56,866 bases of DNA, from assembly GCA_964583965.1 (NCBI GenBank), contig CAZOYI010000230.1, positions 1-56,866 on the forward strand. The letters are read 5' to 3'. The stretch is from an uncultured Caldisericota bacterium (GTDB lineage: Bacteria > Caldisericota > Caldisericia > UBA6126). Position 1 is the stretch's first letter. The number at the start of each line of letters is the position of its first letter. The notes beneath the pieces are model-generated. The model was not told the origin of the DNA, did no database searches, and saw nothing but the letters and a program-made list of their open reading frames with translations. Positions 20,897 to 30,370 of this stretch are shown piece by piece. Position numbers and translations under genes: made by a program.

Positions 20897-21920
20897 AAGC
20901 TTTGCAAGCGATAACAATTCTGGAATTCATCCAAAGGTTGTTGAAGCAATTGAGAAAGCAAATATTGGTCATTGTGTAGCATACGGAGAAGATCCATATA
21001 CCCAAGAAGCCCTACACGTTTTTAAGCAAATATTTGGTTCATCGACCGAAACATACTTTGTGTATAACGGAACAGGCGCTAACATCACTGGATTATCGTG
21101 TGTTACCAAGCCATTTCATTCTATAATTACGACAAATACTGCTCACGTTGTATGTGATGAATGTGGAAGCCCAGAAAGAATAACAGGCTGTTCGCTAAAA
21201 GCTTTACCCAATCACCAAGGAAAATTATTCCCCGATCAACTTGAAACATTTACACAATACATGGGGGTAGAACACCATTCCCAGCCTAGAGTAGTTTCCA
21301 TTACACAAGCAACGGAACTGGGCACAGTTTATACCCTAGATGAGATGCGTAACATATGTAATTTTGCTCACAAAAACAATATGATTGTTCATATGGATGG
21401 AGCTAGAATTGCAAACGCAGCTGCAACATTACAAGTTTCGCTGCGAAAGCTAACGATTGATTGTGGGATTGACGTCCTATCCTTTGGTGGAACCAAAAAT
21501 GGACTTGCGTATGGAGAAGCTTTAGTTTTTGCCTCTGAAGAGCTAGCCAAGGAAGCAAAATTTTTCCGAAAACAAAATGCTCAACTAGCCTCCAAGATGC
21601 GCTTCATATCTGCTCAATTCTTAGCTTATTTTGATGATGATTTATGGTTGCACAACGCTTCAACAGCAAATCAAATGGCAAAATTCCTTCAAAACAGTAT
21701 TCAAGACAACCTCCCTCAAGTTTCCATTACTAGACCTGTCGAATCAAATGCTGTTTTTGTCCGTCTTCCAAAAGAAAAAGCAGTTAAAATGCAAGCATTA
21801 TCCTTTTTCTATCCTTGGGATTCTACTACTTCTGAATATCGCTGGATGACGTCCTATGACACTTCTGAAGAGGACGTTGAACGATTTATCGCTTCTATGA
21901 AAAAAATTCTATCTGAATAA
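20862..21920 (+). CDS. ltaE: Low-specificity L-threonine aldolase
   Basis: FASDN, YGEDPYT, GTGAN, HMDGARIANA, SFGGTKNG (PLP Lys). GGAGG SD before ATG 20862. Confidence 0.9.
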   Translation: MNVHWPHCSTHKSFASDNNSGIHPKVVEAIEKANIGHCVAYGEDPYTQEALHVFKQIFGSSTETYFVYNGTGANITGLSCVTKPFHSIITTNTAHVVCDECGSPERITGCSLKALPNHQGKLFPDQLETFTQYMGVEHHSQPRVVSITQATELGTVYTLDEMRNICNFAHKNNMIVHMDGARIANAAATLQVSLRKLTIDCGIDVLSFGGTKNGLAYGEALVFASEELAKEAKFFRKQNAQLASKMRFISAQFLAYFDDDLWLHNASTANQMAKFLQNSIQDNLPQVSITRPVESNAVFVRLPKEKAVKMQALSFFYPWDSTTSEYRWMTSYDTSEEDVERFIASMKKILSE

Positions 21921-21952
21921 GACAATATTGTGAATCGTGATACAATAGTATC

Positions 21953-24022
21953 ATGAAAACGATCTTTTCTACACTACTTTGTCTATTTTTGTTTTCATAT
22001 ACGCTTTCTTTTGTTTCTTGCCAAAAAACAAATGTAAATCCAGAGGAAGATTCTTTTTTATCCTCTGCTAGAACCACGAAAATTTCTCAACTTTCTGTTC
22101 AATTCTCTTCTCAGATTCCTGATAACATGAAAGTTTTTATACCCAAAAGTACACCTGGATCTTACGTAGTATACGATGAATTTGATGGAAACCCTGGCGA
22201 AGAAGGAGTTATCTTTTTTGATCACCCCGAATACCCCAGCCATTTACAACTTAACCTATACTCCAAAGAAGAAAATGCATGGAAGCATAAGGGGTGGAGT
22301 CTGATTCAAGGAGAATTTCTAGATTGGGTTTATCTCCATAAGCAATTTATCTATGTTGGGGTGCAACAGCATAACAAAAAGAAAGTTTTATACATCTACC
22401 TTATTGATACAATTGCAGAAGAATGGTCACTTAGCAGAGTAAACTCCATAGAATATGATAAATTGCACATTGAAAACTACCCTGGAGCATACGGCAATGA
22501 TGACAAACCAGAAATCGCACGATGGACAACCAATAAAGAGGGTATAGAAACAATTCAATTATTCCGATTGAGCAGTTGGGAGTATAATTTCAACTTTGTT
22601 TTTGCAGAAGATTCCTATCCTTATTTCTATCCTTCCATTGTGGAAGAATACAAAGAAAAAGTTCGTAGCAATAGTGCAAACCTGGAATTAAGTATTAAAT
22701 TAATTGAGTATGAAACGTATGCGCAAGATAGCATAACCGCTCTGCAAAAAATAAAAAGATTGCTCCAGTCTCAAATGAATACCCTTTCTTCTGAACAAAA
22801 AAATCTTCTCATAGCTTTACAATGCGAATGCCTTCTTCAATTGGGACAATATGAAGAAGCACAATTAATTTTGCAAAACTGGATCCCCGATATTCCTGAT
22901 GAACCCTTCCCAATGAAACTTTTTAAGAAAAAAGCATATATCTTTCTTCAAGACTCACTTTTAAAACAAGGGAAATATTCTGCATCAAAAGGTGTCTGGG
23001 AGTTAATGCCAAAAATACCATCAGAAGAATATCAAGAACATCATTACCCAATTGAATTACCCCCTCAAATTGATAACGAGCCAAAAGCAAACTATGTTGA
23101 ACCCTATCAGAAAATTCAAGCGAATTTTCAAACCAAGAACTTCCATAAACTTCTTCTCCGATGGGATTCTTTTCAAGAATGGGGGAGATCCCAATCCCCT
23201 ATTATTGATATATCTGATCCTGTTTTACCTTCTTTGCTTCACGATACGTATGAAGGGATGGTTTTATTTCAAGTAAAAAATATGGGAACGGTTATTGTAT
23301 GGGCCGAAGATCAGATCATCCAAACCACACCATTTTTTTATGTTGATTCCTTTTCCCATCAACATTCTGAGTTTTCAAGACCAGAAAAATTCTACACCAA
23401 TCAGGACAAAATGGCATTGATTCTTCACGAAAAACCATCTCAAGATTTATCATTAAAAGCATACCAATATTTTGAACTTGCCAATAATCAATGGCGTCTT
23501 CAATGGACTTCCCCTTTTTATCCTAATGGGTCTATTCATGTGAATGAACCTAATTTTGAAATAGTAACAGCAAAAGGTCAAATCATCCTAGACCCCACCG
23601 GCAAGAGCTATCTTTTTGGAGAATGTAGCTCTTCAACATATCACAGATATTACGAAGAAGTATGGATTTTAGACCAAGAAACCTACGGTCTTATGAGCTC
23701 TACTATTGTACAATCTCCTTATCAAACTCTTGTTGACTATCTTCATTACCTATATAATAACAACACTGAAAAAGCAAAAGAATTCGTGATGGACCCTTCG
23801 ATAATAGAGCAAACAAAGGAACTTGAGATCGTAGGTAATACAGGTTTTTACTCTTGTCCGAAATGGGTTCAGAATTCCAAAGGAGAAGACGTGATTACAT
23901 TCCGAGTCAAAGATATAGAAAATGTAGCCTTTTATTTTACTCGAAAACAAGGACGGTACACGATTTATAAAATTGAAGAAAATCCTGATTTATCAGGTCT
24001 TTTTCCTCAAGTTTCTCAGTAA
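21953..24022 (+). CDS. Hypothetical lipoprotein (TPR-like central region)
   Basis: Signal peptide ending FVSC (lipobox). 689-aa ORF. Confidence 0.65.
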   Translation: MKTIFSTLLCLFLFSYTLSFVSCQKTNVNPEEDSFLSSARTTKISQLSVQFSSQIPDNMKVFIPKSTPGSYVVYDEFDGNPGEEGVIFFDHPEYPSHLQLNLYSKEENAWKHKGWSLIQGEFLDWVYLHKQFIYVGVQQHNKKKVLYIYLIDTIAEEWSLSRVNSIEYDKLHIENYPGAYGNDDKPEIARWTTNKEGIETIQLFRLSSWEYNFNFVFAEDSYPYFYPSIVEEYKEKVRSNSANLELSIKLIEYETYAQDSITALQKIKRLLQSQMNTLSSEQKNLLIALQCECLLQLGQYEEAQLILQNWIPDIPDEPFPMKLFKKKAYIFLQDSLLKQGKYSASKGVWELMPKIPSEEYQEHHYPIELPPQIDNEPKANYVEPYQKIQANFQTKNFHKLLLRWDSFQEWGRSQSPIIDISDPVLPSLLHDTYEGMVLFQVKNMGTVIVWAEDQIIQTTPFFYVDSFSHQHSEFSRPEKFYTNQDKMALILHEKPSQDLSLKAYQYFELANNQWRLQWTSPFYPNGSIHVNEPNFEIVTAKGQIILDPTGKSYLFGECSSSTYHRYYEEVWILDQETYGLMSSTIVQSPYQTLVDYLHYLYNNNTEKAKEFVMDPSIIEQTKELEIVGNTGFYSCPKWVQNSKGEDVITFRVKDIENVAFYFTRKQGRYTIYKIEENPDLSGLFPQVSQ

Positions 24023-24034
24023 GTTAGTTTTCCG

Positions 24035-24808
24035 ATGAAGATGCACACAACAAAAAATACTGCATATAATGCAGTAGAGAGTTTGCTGCAATACATCTGT
24101 CAACCTACTACAAGCATACAAATTGCTAAGATGTCCTTCATCCAGAAAACCGAAACTTTGTTGAAATTTCTAACGATTAACTTTGTTGTACAACTTTTTC
24201 TCAGCTCTATCACGACTCTTATACTATTCTCGGTTGATTTTAAACTTGGTTCTACCACAACAAATGAGTTAACTGATTTCGTACAATCTAACTCATATTT
24301 ATACCTTCTTCTTGTCGGTGGCATAGCACTTCCTTTTTTTGAAGAAATCGGTTTTCGTTTACCTCTGTTTTTTCATCCTGTTTCCCTTGGGATTGCAGTA
24401 TCCTATGTATTCATTTTACTCTTGTCCATCCTTTTTCCACAAGCACCATCAAACCCTTTCTTTACATTGTCCATGATCGGTATATCCTTGCTAATTGGAG
24501 GAATAGGGATTCTTTTTTCCTTTTGGAAAAGAACTTCCATAGAGTTGTTTTGGAAACGGTATTTCCGATTGATTTATTATGGCTTTGCCGTTCTATTCGG
24601 ATTTCTGCATATTTCAAACTTCTCCGGTGCTTCAATTTGGGTATTCTATCTAACACCTCTTTTGGTACTACCACAATTTCTTTCTGGTCTAGTGATTGGA
24701 TACATACGAATGCAATTTGGATTTTTCTGGGGTTTTACTTTTCATGCAGTATGGAATAGTGTTCTTTTGTCATTAGCATACGCTGCATATCACTTTATTA
24801 TCTTGTAA
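24035..24808 (+). CDS. CPBP (CAAX/Abi) intramembrane metalloprotease
   Basis: EEIGFR, FGFLH, HAVWN motifs. Confidence 0.9.
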   Translation: MKMHTTKNTAYNAVESLLQYICQPTTSIQIAKMSFIQKTETLLKFLTINFVVQLFLSSITTLILFSVDFKLGSTTTNELTDFVQSNSYLYLLLVGGIALPFFEEIGFRLPLFFHPVSLGIAVSYVFILLLSILFPQAPSNPFFTLSMIGISLLIGGIGILFSFWKRTSIELFWKRYFRLIYYGFAVLFGFLHISNFSGASIWVFYLTPLLVLPQFLSGLVIGYIRMQFGFFWGFTFHAVWNSVLLSLAYAAYHFIIL

Positions 24809-24828
24809 AGAAATCTCTGTAGGGGTGT

Positions 24829-25596
24829 TTGGTGAATCTACATATTTCAACCTATATTTTTTTATGCGCTTTTGGTTTCATTGGTGCTTGGGTAGATAGC
24901 ATAGCAGGTGGTGGCGGTATTATCACCATACCAGCCTACTTAGCTGCTGGTTTACCCCCCCAACTCACCTTAGGAACCAATAAGCTATCTGCGAGTTTCT
25001 CCTCTTTTACAAGTTCGTTTAAATATTTATGTTCAAAGAAGACAAATCTCCGATTAATGATGTTTCTTGCTCCATTTACCCTGATTGGGTCGGTTGTCGG
25101 AGTAAAAACGATTCTATCAATCAACAATGCATTACTTAACATTCTTCTAAGTATCGGCATTCTATCCATCGGTCTTTATTCCATCTTTCACCCCTCTCTT
25201 GGTTCGGTCGATACATCTCTTCAACATCCAACAAAAACAAGTATTTGGATCGGTATGTTATTTTCTCTTTTGCTAGGATTTTATGATGGTTTTTTTGGAC
25301 CAGGAACTGGATCATTTTTAATGTTTATTTTCATTAAACTATTTGGTTTTGACTATCTTAAATCTAGTGCTAACGCACGATTTCTCAATTTTATCAGCAA
25401 TATTACATCACTACTTACTTTTATTCTGTATGGCAAAGTCCTATTTCTGGTCGGTATCCCTGTTGGTCTATTCATGATTGCTGGTTCATGGTTAGGATCT
25501 CATATGGCGATCAAAAATGGAAACAAAATAGTAAAGCCCATTTTTGTAATTGTAACACTCACTGTTGCTGTTAAACTTATTATAGACTTACTCTAA
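24829..25596 (+). CDS. TauE/SafE (TSUP) family transporter, full length
   Basis: DSIAGGGGII, GTNKL, YDGFFGPGTGSF. Confidence 0.92.
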   Translation: MVNLHISTYIFLCAFGFIGAWVDSIAGGGGIITIPAYLAAGLPPQLTLGTNKLSASFSSFTSSFKYLCSKKTNLRLMMFLAPFTLIGSVVGVKTILSINNALLNILLSIGILSIGLYSIFHPSLGSVDTSLQHPTKTSIWIGMLFSLLLGFYDGFFGPGTGSFLMFIFIKLFGFDYLKSSANARFLNFISNITSLLTFILYGKVLFLVGIPVGLFMIAGSWLGSHMAIKNGNKIVKPIFVIVTLTVAVKLIIDLL

Positions 25597-25629
25597 AGTT
25601 CTTTTTCCAAACAAAACAAAGGAGTATAT

Positions 25630-26691
25630 ATGAAACAACTTCTGGGTAAGAATATATGGATTATATTGCTATCCATTGTTGTGATAGTTTTTGTGCTTAT
25701 TTATGATTTCCGGCATTCTCGCGTATTCCCCCCCAATGATATGATTCCATTTATCTCTTGTATCGAGCAAGATACAAATACAAGTTATATCCTTCATCAG
25801 TGGAGCTTGCGCAATGGTACGATTGCATTTTCTGACAATCCTTTGTTCAATTCTTCGGAAAACTGTATCGATTCCCTCGTATGGAACGGGGATCAAGAAA
25901 TCTTACTTCCTCCTTCTGTAGAATCCAGTATAACAGTATCCAATGGCTCATCATTCCACCCTTTATATATACGGCCAAAAACATCACTGTCCATACAAAG
26001 AATTTTGCGTCCGAATCTATCCATCCAACTCTCTATCCAGGACTATAGCAAACACACCCAAGCAACTGCAGAATATTATGGGTATAAACAAGATAAAATT
26101 ACACTTAGACCTGATATAGAAAAATATACAAATGCAGTTCTTATCCGGCCTTTAGATGCTATTGAGATTGAAGCTACCACTTATCTGTATTTCCAATTTG
26201 CCTGGTTGGATCATGAAACCAATTTGAAATTTGGCATCGTTGAAGGACAATGGTCTGATCAATCTCTGCTTTGGAGAATTGTATCGGACGATATCGAATT
26301 TCAAGAAGCTGGCAAGGGAAGCAATGTGGTTGTTTGTCAGGGAAGAATCTGGTTTGCTCTGTTAGACGGCTCTATTCGTTCTGTAATGCTCCACAATGGG
26401 TCAATTGAAAACCAAGAGACTCTTGAAGCTAGAATTGATTTGGACACTGATAAACCAATCCAAGCTGAATTGTTCCGGTATCAAAATGCAGTCATCATGA
26501 AAAAGGTTTACTCTCAATCAAGTTGCAAAATCCTTGTTGTTGAAAACAATACCCCCACTAGTAGAATCGAGGTAACAAAGGATTTTATTACAATTTTCCA
26601 AAACGAAAAAGAAACCATGGTGTATCAAAATGAAGACAGTTTCAAGAATAGTTACAAAAACCCTTCTAATTGGTTATTTCCCATTTTTTAA
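25630..26691 (+). CDS. Hypothetical membrane-anchored exported protein
   Basis: N-terminal TM, AGGAG SD, beta-rich sequence. Confidence 0.6.
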   Translation: MKQLLGKNIWIILLSIVVIVFVLIYDFRHSRVFPPNDMIPFISCIEQDTNTSYILHQWSLRNGTIAFSDNPLFNSSENCIDSLVWNGDQEILLPPSVESSITVSNGSSFHPLYIRPKTSLSIQRILRPNLSIQLSIQDYSKHTQATAEYYGYKQDKITLRPDIEKYTNAVLIRPLDAIEIEATTYLYFQFAWLDHETNLKFGIVEGQWSDQSLLWRIVSDDIEFQEAGKGSNVVVCQGRIWFALLDGSIRSVMLHNGSIENQETLEARIDLDTDKPIQAELFRYQNAVIMKKVYSQSSCKILVVENNTPTSRIEVTKDFITIFQNEKETMVYQNEDSFKNSYKNPSNWLFPIF

Positions 26692-26703
26692 GGAGGCTAT
26701 CCC

Positions 26704-27990
26704 ATGAAATGGAGATCTTTTCTTATCGTATCCACTCTTCTCTTTTTTTGCTTCTCTTCTACACATTGCTCTTTGACAAAAGCAAACCCAGAGGTTGTTG
26801 CAGACCTAAACAACATACAAGTGGGAGAGGATGGTTGGTTTGTAACATTGTCCAACACACCAATTGATGATGTTAGCATAACCAATGATCATGCATTTGG
26901 CTCAACAGATTATGGGCTACTCCACTTTTTCCTTTTGCAAAACAATCCAACCGGGGAAATATTGTTCCCAGTATCTCAAGAACGATGTTTAAATCATTTT
27001 GTTGGTAGTGGGACAGATGGTGATGGAAATATTATCAGTCGGTACCTATTCATTGAAAATCGATCTCTTCAGACCAAAGACCTATATTGCTCCAGTAACA
27101 ACCATAAAATCGAAGTAAAGCACCCAACTTCTTTGTCATTATCAGATTACCCAATTTTCTCTCAAGGAACAATTAAACTTCATTTTTCAGCTGATGTTTC
27201 GTTAAAAACAACTGCATTAGCAGCATATCAAGATCTTTTATTCATTACAAAAGATGCCTCGATTCAAAAGCATTCTCTGCAAGATCATGTCCATCAATCT
27301 TATTTAATTGGTTCCACTTTTTATTATCTCTCCAAGGACTCAAACACTCAATCAATTCAGTTTCATGCATTAAAAGCAGCGTCACCATCAAATTCTTGGA
27401 GCATTCATCCAAATTTAAGCAATGCCATCTCTATGACTTTAAAAGACGCCACCTTCAGTAATGTGCTGCAAAAATTCTTTGTTGCATATCGGTATGATTC
27501 TTTAGACCAGCGAAGTTTGTACATCCAATCCTTTAATACGAATGGTGAAATCCTTCAAGAAAAAAGAATAGACTCTGCAATTACTGGTCCTTTGCCTACG
27601 TCCCCAATCTTCACTATTCTCAAGGAAAAATACCCACTTCTCGTTGGAGAGTTTTATCAGCAAGGCGAGATTGTGTGTATCAACACAGAAGATTTTCAAG
27701 AACTGTGGAGATTCTCTATTGACTCTATGGTAAGTATTTTAGATATGATGGTTGATCCTACCCATAAAACTCTGTATTCATTACTAACAGATGGCAGTCT
27801 TGTCGCTATAAGTTTGGAACACGGAACTGAACTGTCAAAAAAACATATTGGCCCGGATTCAGTGGATGTTATATATTCAAAAGGATCCATTCTTTTTTAT
27901 GAAGGATACGCTGTGGGATGCTTAAACAACGCGGTTGGTAGGCCATATCGGAGCATTTTTTTCTATCAATCCGTTCCATCAGCAGAATGA
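26704..27990 (+). CDS. Hypothetical exported protein, probable beta-propeller (PQQ-like)
   Basis: Signal peptide. GEIVCINTEDFQELWRF and GSLVAISLEHGTEL resemble PQQ blades. Confidence 0.55.
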   Translation: MKWRSFLIVSTLLFFCFSSTHCSLTKANPEVVADLNNIQVGEDGWFVTLSNTPIDDVSITNDHAFGSTDYGLLHFFLLQNNPTGEILFPVSQERCLNHFVGSGTDGDGNIISRYLFIENRSLQTKDLYCSSNNHKIEVKHPTSLSLSDYPIFSQGTIKLHFSADVSLKTTALAAYQDLLFITKDASIQKHSLQDHVHQSYLIGSTFYYLSKDSNTQSIQFHALKAASPSNSWSIHPNLSNAISMTLKDATFSNVLQKFFVAYRYDSLDQRSLYIQSFNTNGEILQEKRIDSAITGPLPTSPIFTILKEKYPLLVGEFYQQGEIVCINTEDFQELWRFSIDSMVSILDMMVDPTHKTLYSLLTDGSLVAISLEHGTELSKKHIGPDSVDVIYSKGSILFYEGYAVGCLNNAVGRPYRSIFFYQSVPSAE

Positions 27991-28814
27991 TAAAGGTGAA
28001 CAATGGATATATCTGGAGGATTAAAGAGACGAAAAGGCAAAACTGTAGCTCCTAAACCACGATTAACAAACATGGTTGTCTGTTTCTCTTGATATTTACC
28101 TTCTATATATCGAGGGAAGAAACCCTGATTAGGTGCATAGATTCCTCCAACACAAGGAAATCGTATTTGTCCTCCGTGGGTATGCCCTGACAATACAACA
28201 TCTACCCCTGCATTTGCATATTGTGTAAAGAATTCTGGCCGATGAGCCAATAAAATCGTAAATACATCCTTTTTTTGTTGAGCTAACACATTTTCAATAA
28301 TTTCTGTGTAATCTGCTGCTGGGGTAGCCAGTGCGTCACGAAGACCAACCAACAAAAGACGAGAAGAATTGCGAGTCAAGATGGATCCTTCATTCATAAG
28401 AATTTTCACATTGACATCTTGCAAATCCTTCATTAGGCTTTGAAATTCTTCATAAGTTAGAGATTCCTCGTGGTTGCCAGTGACATAATACAAAGGATAT
28501 CTCTTTGTTAGCTCTTTCATCAACACCAAGCCTTGGGAGTTTTCTTCACAGCGCCTTTCGATAAGATCTCCCGTAAATACAACGATTGAGGGTTTTGCTG
28601 ATGCAATGATTCGGAGAAGATTCTTTTGAGATTTTCCAAAAGTCGCATCATGGAGATCTGAGATATGCAGAATAGTAAAACCATGAAAATCAAGGGGAAC
28701 GTTGTTGGAATACACTTCATAATGAGTAATTCGGGGTTGATGGTAAAAAAGCAAATCCATAATAAAGACTCCTGTAATAAGCAATATGAAAGTGAATACA
28801 AGTTGTTTCTTCAT
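27966..28814 (-). CDS. Metallophosphoesterase (YkuE-like)
   Basis: ISDLH, TGD, GNHE, LAHRP, SGHTHGGQ, VNRGLG. Confidence 0.93.
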   Translation of the reverse strand: MKKQLVFTFILLITGVFIMDLLFYHQPRITHYEVYSNNVPLDFHGFTILHISDLHDATFGKSQKNLLRIIASAKPSIVVFTGDLIERRCEENSQGLVLMKELTKRYPLYYVTGNHEESLTYEEFQSLMKDLQDVNVKILMNEGSILTRNSSRLLLVGLRDALATPAADYTEIIENVLAQQKKDVFTILLAHRPEFFTQYANAGVDVVLSGHTHGGQIRFPCVGGIYAPNQGFFPRYIEGKYQEKQTTMFVNRGLGATVLPFRLFNPPDISIVHLYHSADGTD

Positions 28815-28852
28815 ACCTAGTTATTTATCTCGTAGTCCATGGATCAATTAGT

Positions 28853-29212
28853 TTATTTAGAAAAAATCAACCGAAGAGCAGCAAAAATCATAACAATCCC
28901 AAATATTCTTTTTAACCATAGGGTAGGGATTTTCATTGCTCCCTTTGCTCCTAAAAGAGCACCAACAAAAAAACCAGCTACAATGCAAGCTCCTACCCAT
29001 ATTTCTACATGACCATGCTTGTAGTATTCTATAGCACCCCATAAACCGATAGGCAAAACCATTAATGCCAATGTGGTACCCTGTGCAGTGAGCTGAGGAA
29101 ACCCCATCAATACTAACAAAGGTATGATCAGAATACCCCCGCCAATCCCCAAAAGACCACTAAGAATGCCTCCAGTAAATCCTATCAAAATATATACGAA
29201 CCAGTTTTGCAT
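28853..29212 (-). CDS. Half-size TauE/SafE (TSUP) family protein
   Basis: SGLLGIGGG..IP.L, AQGTTL. 119 aa, about 4 TM. Confidence 0.85.
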   Translation of the reverse strand: MQNWFVYILIGFTGGILSGLLGIGGGILIIPLLVLMGFPQLTAQGTTLALMVLPIGLWGAIEYYKHGHVEIWVGACIVAGFFVGALLGAKGAMKIPTLWLKRIFGIVMIFAALRLIFSK

Positions 29213-29215
29213 TTT

Positions 29216-29675
29216 TTATCCACCTCTTTTCCACAGTTATTTTAAAACTGTGGGATTCTTATAAAAGTGCTCTTCCAACGAAGATGACATTTAAGCATTG
29301 GCACAACCCTCATTATACATATTGGTGGAGAATTTTCTTCCAGAGAAAAGAAATTAAAATGAGAAATTATAGATAAAAGTTGTTTTTTCCTCATTTTTAT
29401 CCACAGGTTTTCCACCATTATTTTCTAAGAAGACTTGAAAAGGAGAAATTTAACTTTCAAGTTTTATTTAAAAAACCATTTTTCTTTTATCTTAAAAAGG
29501 GTTTCTTCAAATATCTTGCTCCAGCCTTATACAATCGGGTTTTAGTAAAAATTGTTGATGATTCTATACACGAGGGGCATCTTTGTGATAATTAGGAAAT
29601 TCAGTTTCTATCAAAATCCCATTTATGCCCATTATTACGAGCTTTTCATACAGTACCGTTTGTCTATTATCCATA
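29216..29675. promoter_or_regulatory. DnaA-box cluster (candidate oriC or DnaA titration locus)
   Basis: Perfect TTATCCACA 29397-29405. TTTTCCACC 29408-29416, TTATCCACC 29216-29224, TTTTCCACA 29227-29235, TTATACATA 29313-29321, TTATCCATA 29667-29675. AT-rich, and the longest gene-free gap seen. Confidence 0.6.
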
Positions 29676-29731
29676 AAAGTCCTCTACTTGTTTTTCAAAA
29701 AAAGGTTTTTATTTTTCGTATAATATTGCTC

Positions 29732-30370
29732 ATGGAAGAGTTATTTGGTTGCAAATCGATTACTTTTTTTGACATACTTCATTCCTCTGATTTAGTTATT
29801 TCTTATTCGAAAGTGACCTCCATAACTGGTACTTCCGGTTCCGGGAAAAGCACCCTTTTGTACTTCTTAAATGGTACAAAAAGTCCTTCTTCGGGAGAGA
29901 TCTTCTTCAAAGGTAAAAATATTCTTGATATCAACATTGTTCAGCACCGTAGAAAAGTGCTCTTGGTGGAACAAAAACCTGTATTATTCCCAGGTTCTGT
30001 GAGAGATAACCTCATTATTGGTTGCGAAATACAAAAAAAGAGTACTCCCACAAAAAACAGATTGCAAGAGTATTTGGATGAATTCCAACTACACGTTTCG
30101 TTAGATGAACCCGTGTCTTCTCTTTCTGGAGGTGAGTCACAGCGCATCTGCATTATCCGGTGTTTACTTCTAGAACCTGAAGTACTTCTACTCGACGAGC
30201 CTACGGCATCTTTGGATGAAGGAACTGCTAATCATGTTATTGAACGTATCATTGATGTGCATAAACAAACTTCAATGAAGCTGATATACTCCTCTCATTC
30301 AAAAAAACTATCTTCTCTAGCAGACGAACATGTTAATATACAACATAAGAAAATTCTGAGGTTGTCATGA
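29732..30370 (+). CDS. ABC transporter ATP-binding protein (FetA/YbbL-like)
   Basis: GTSGSGKST, LSGGESQR, LLLDEPTASLD. Start reassigned to ATG 29732. Confidence 0.88.
   Translation: MEELFGCKSITFFDILHSSDLVISYSKVTSITGTSGSGKSTLLYFLNGTKSPSSGEIFFKGKNILDINIVQHRRKVLLVEQKPVLFPGSVRDNLIIGCEIQKKSTPTKNRLQEYLDEFQLHVSLDEPVSSLSGGESQRICIIRCLLLEPEVLLLDEPTASLDEGTANHVIERIIDVHKQTSMKLIYSSHSKKLSSLADEHVNIQHKKILRLS

Noticed and set aside
29380-29731. ORF 29380-29595 and the N-terminal extension of the ABC ATPase from 29552
   Set aside because: Phe/Lys-rich translations of AT-rich DNA with no SD. The ABC fold begins at ATG 29732, behind its own -10 box.
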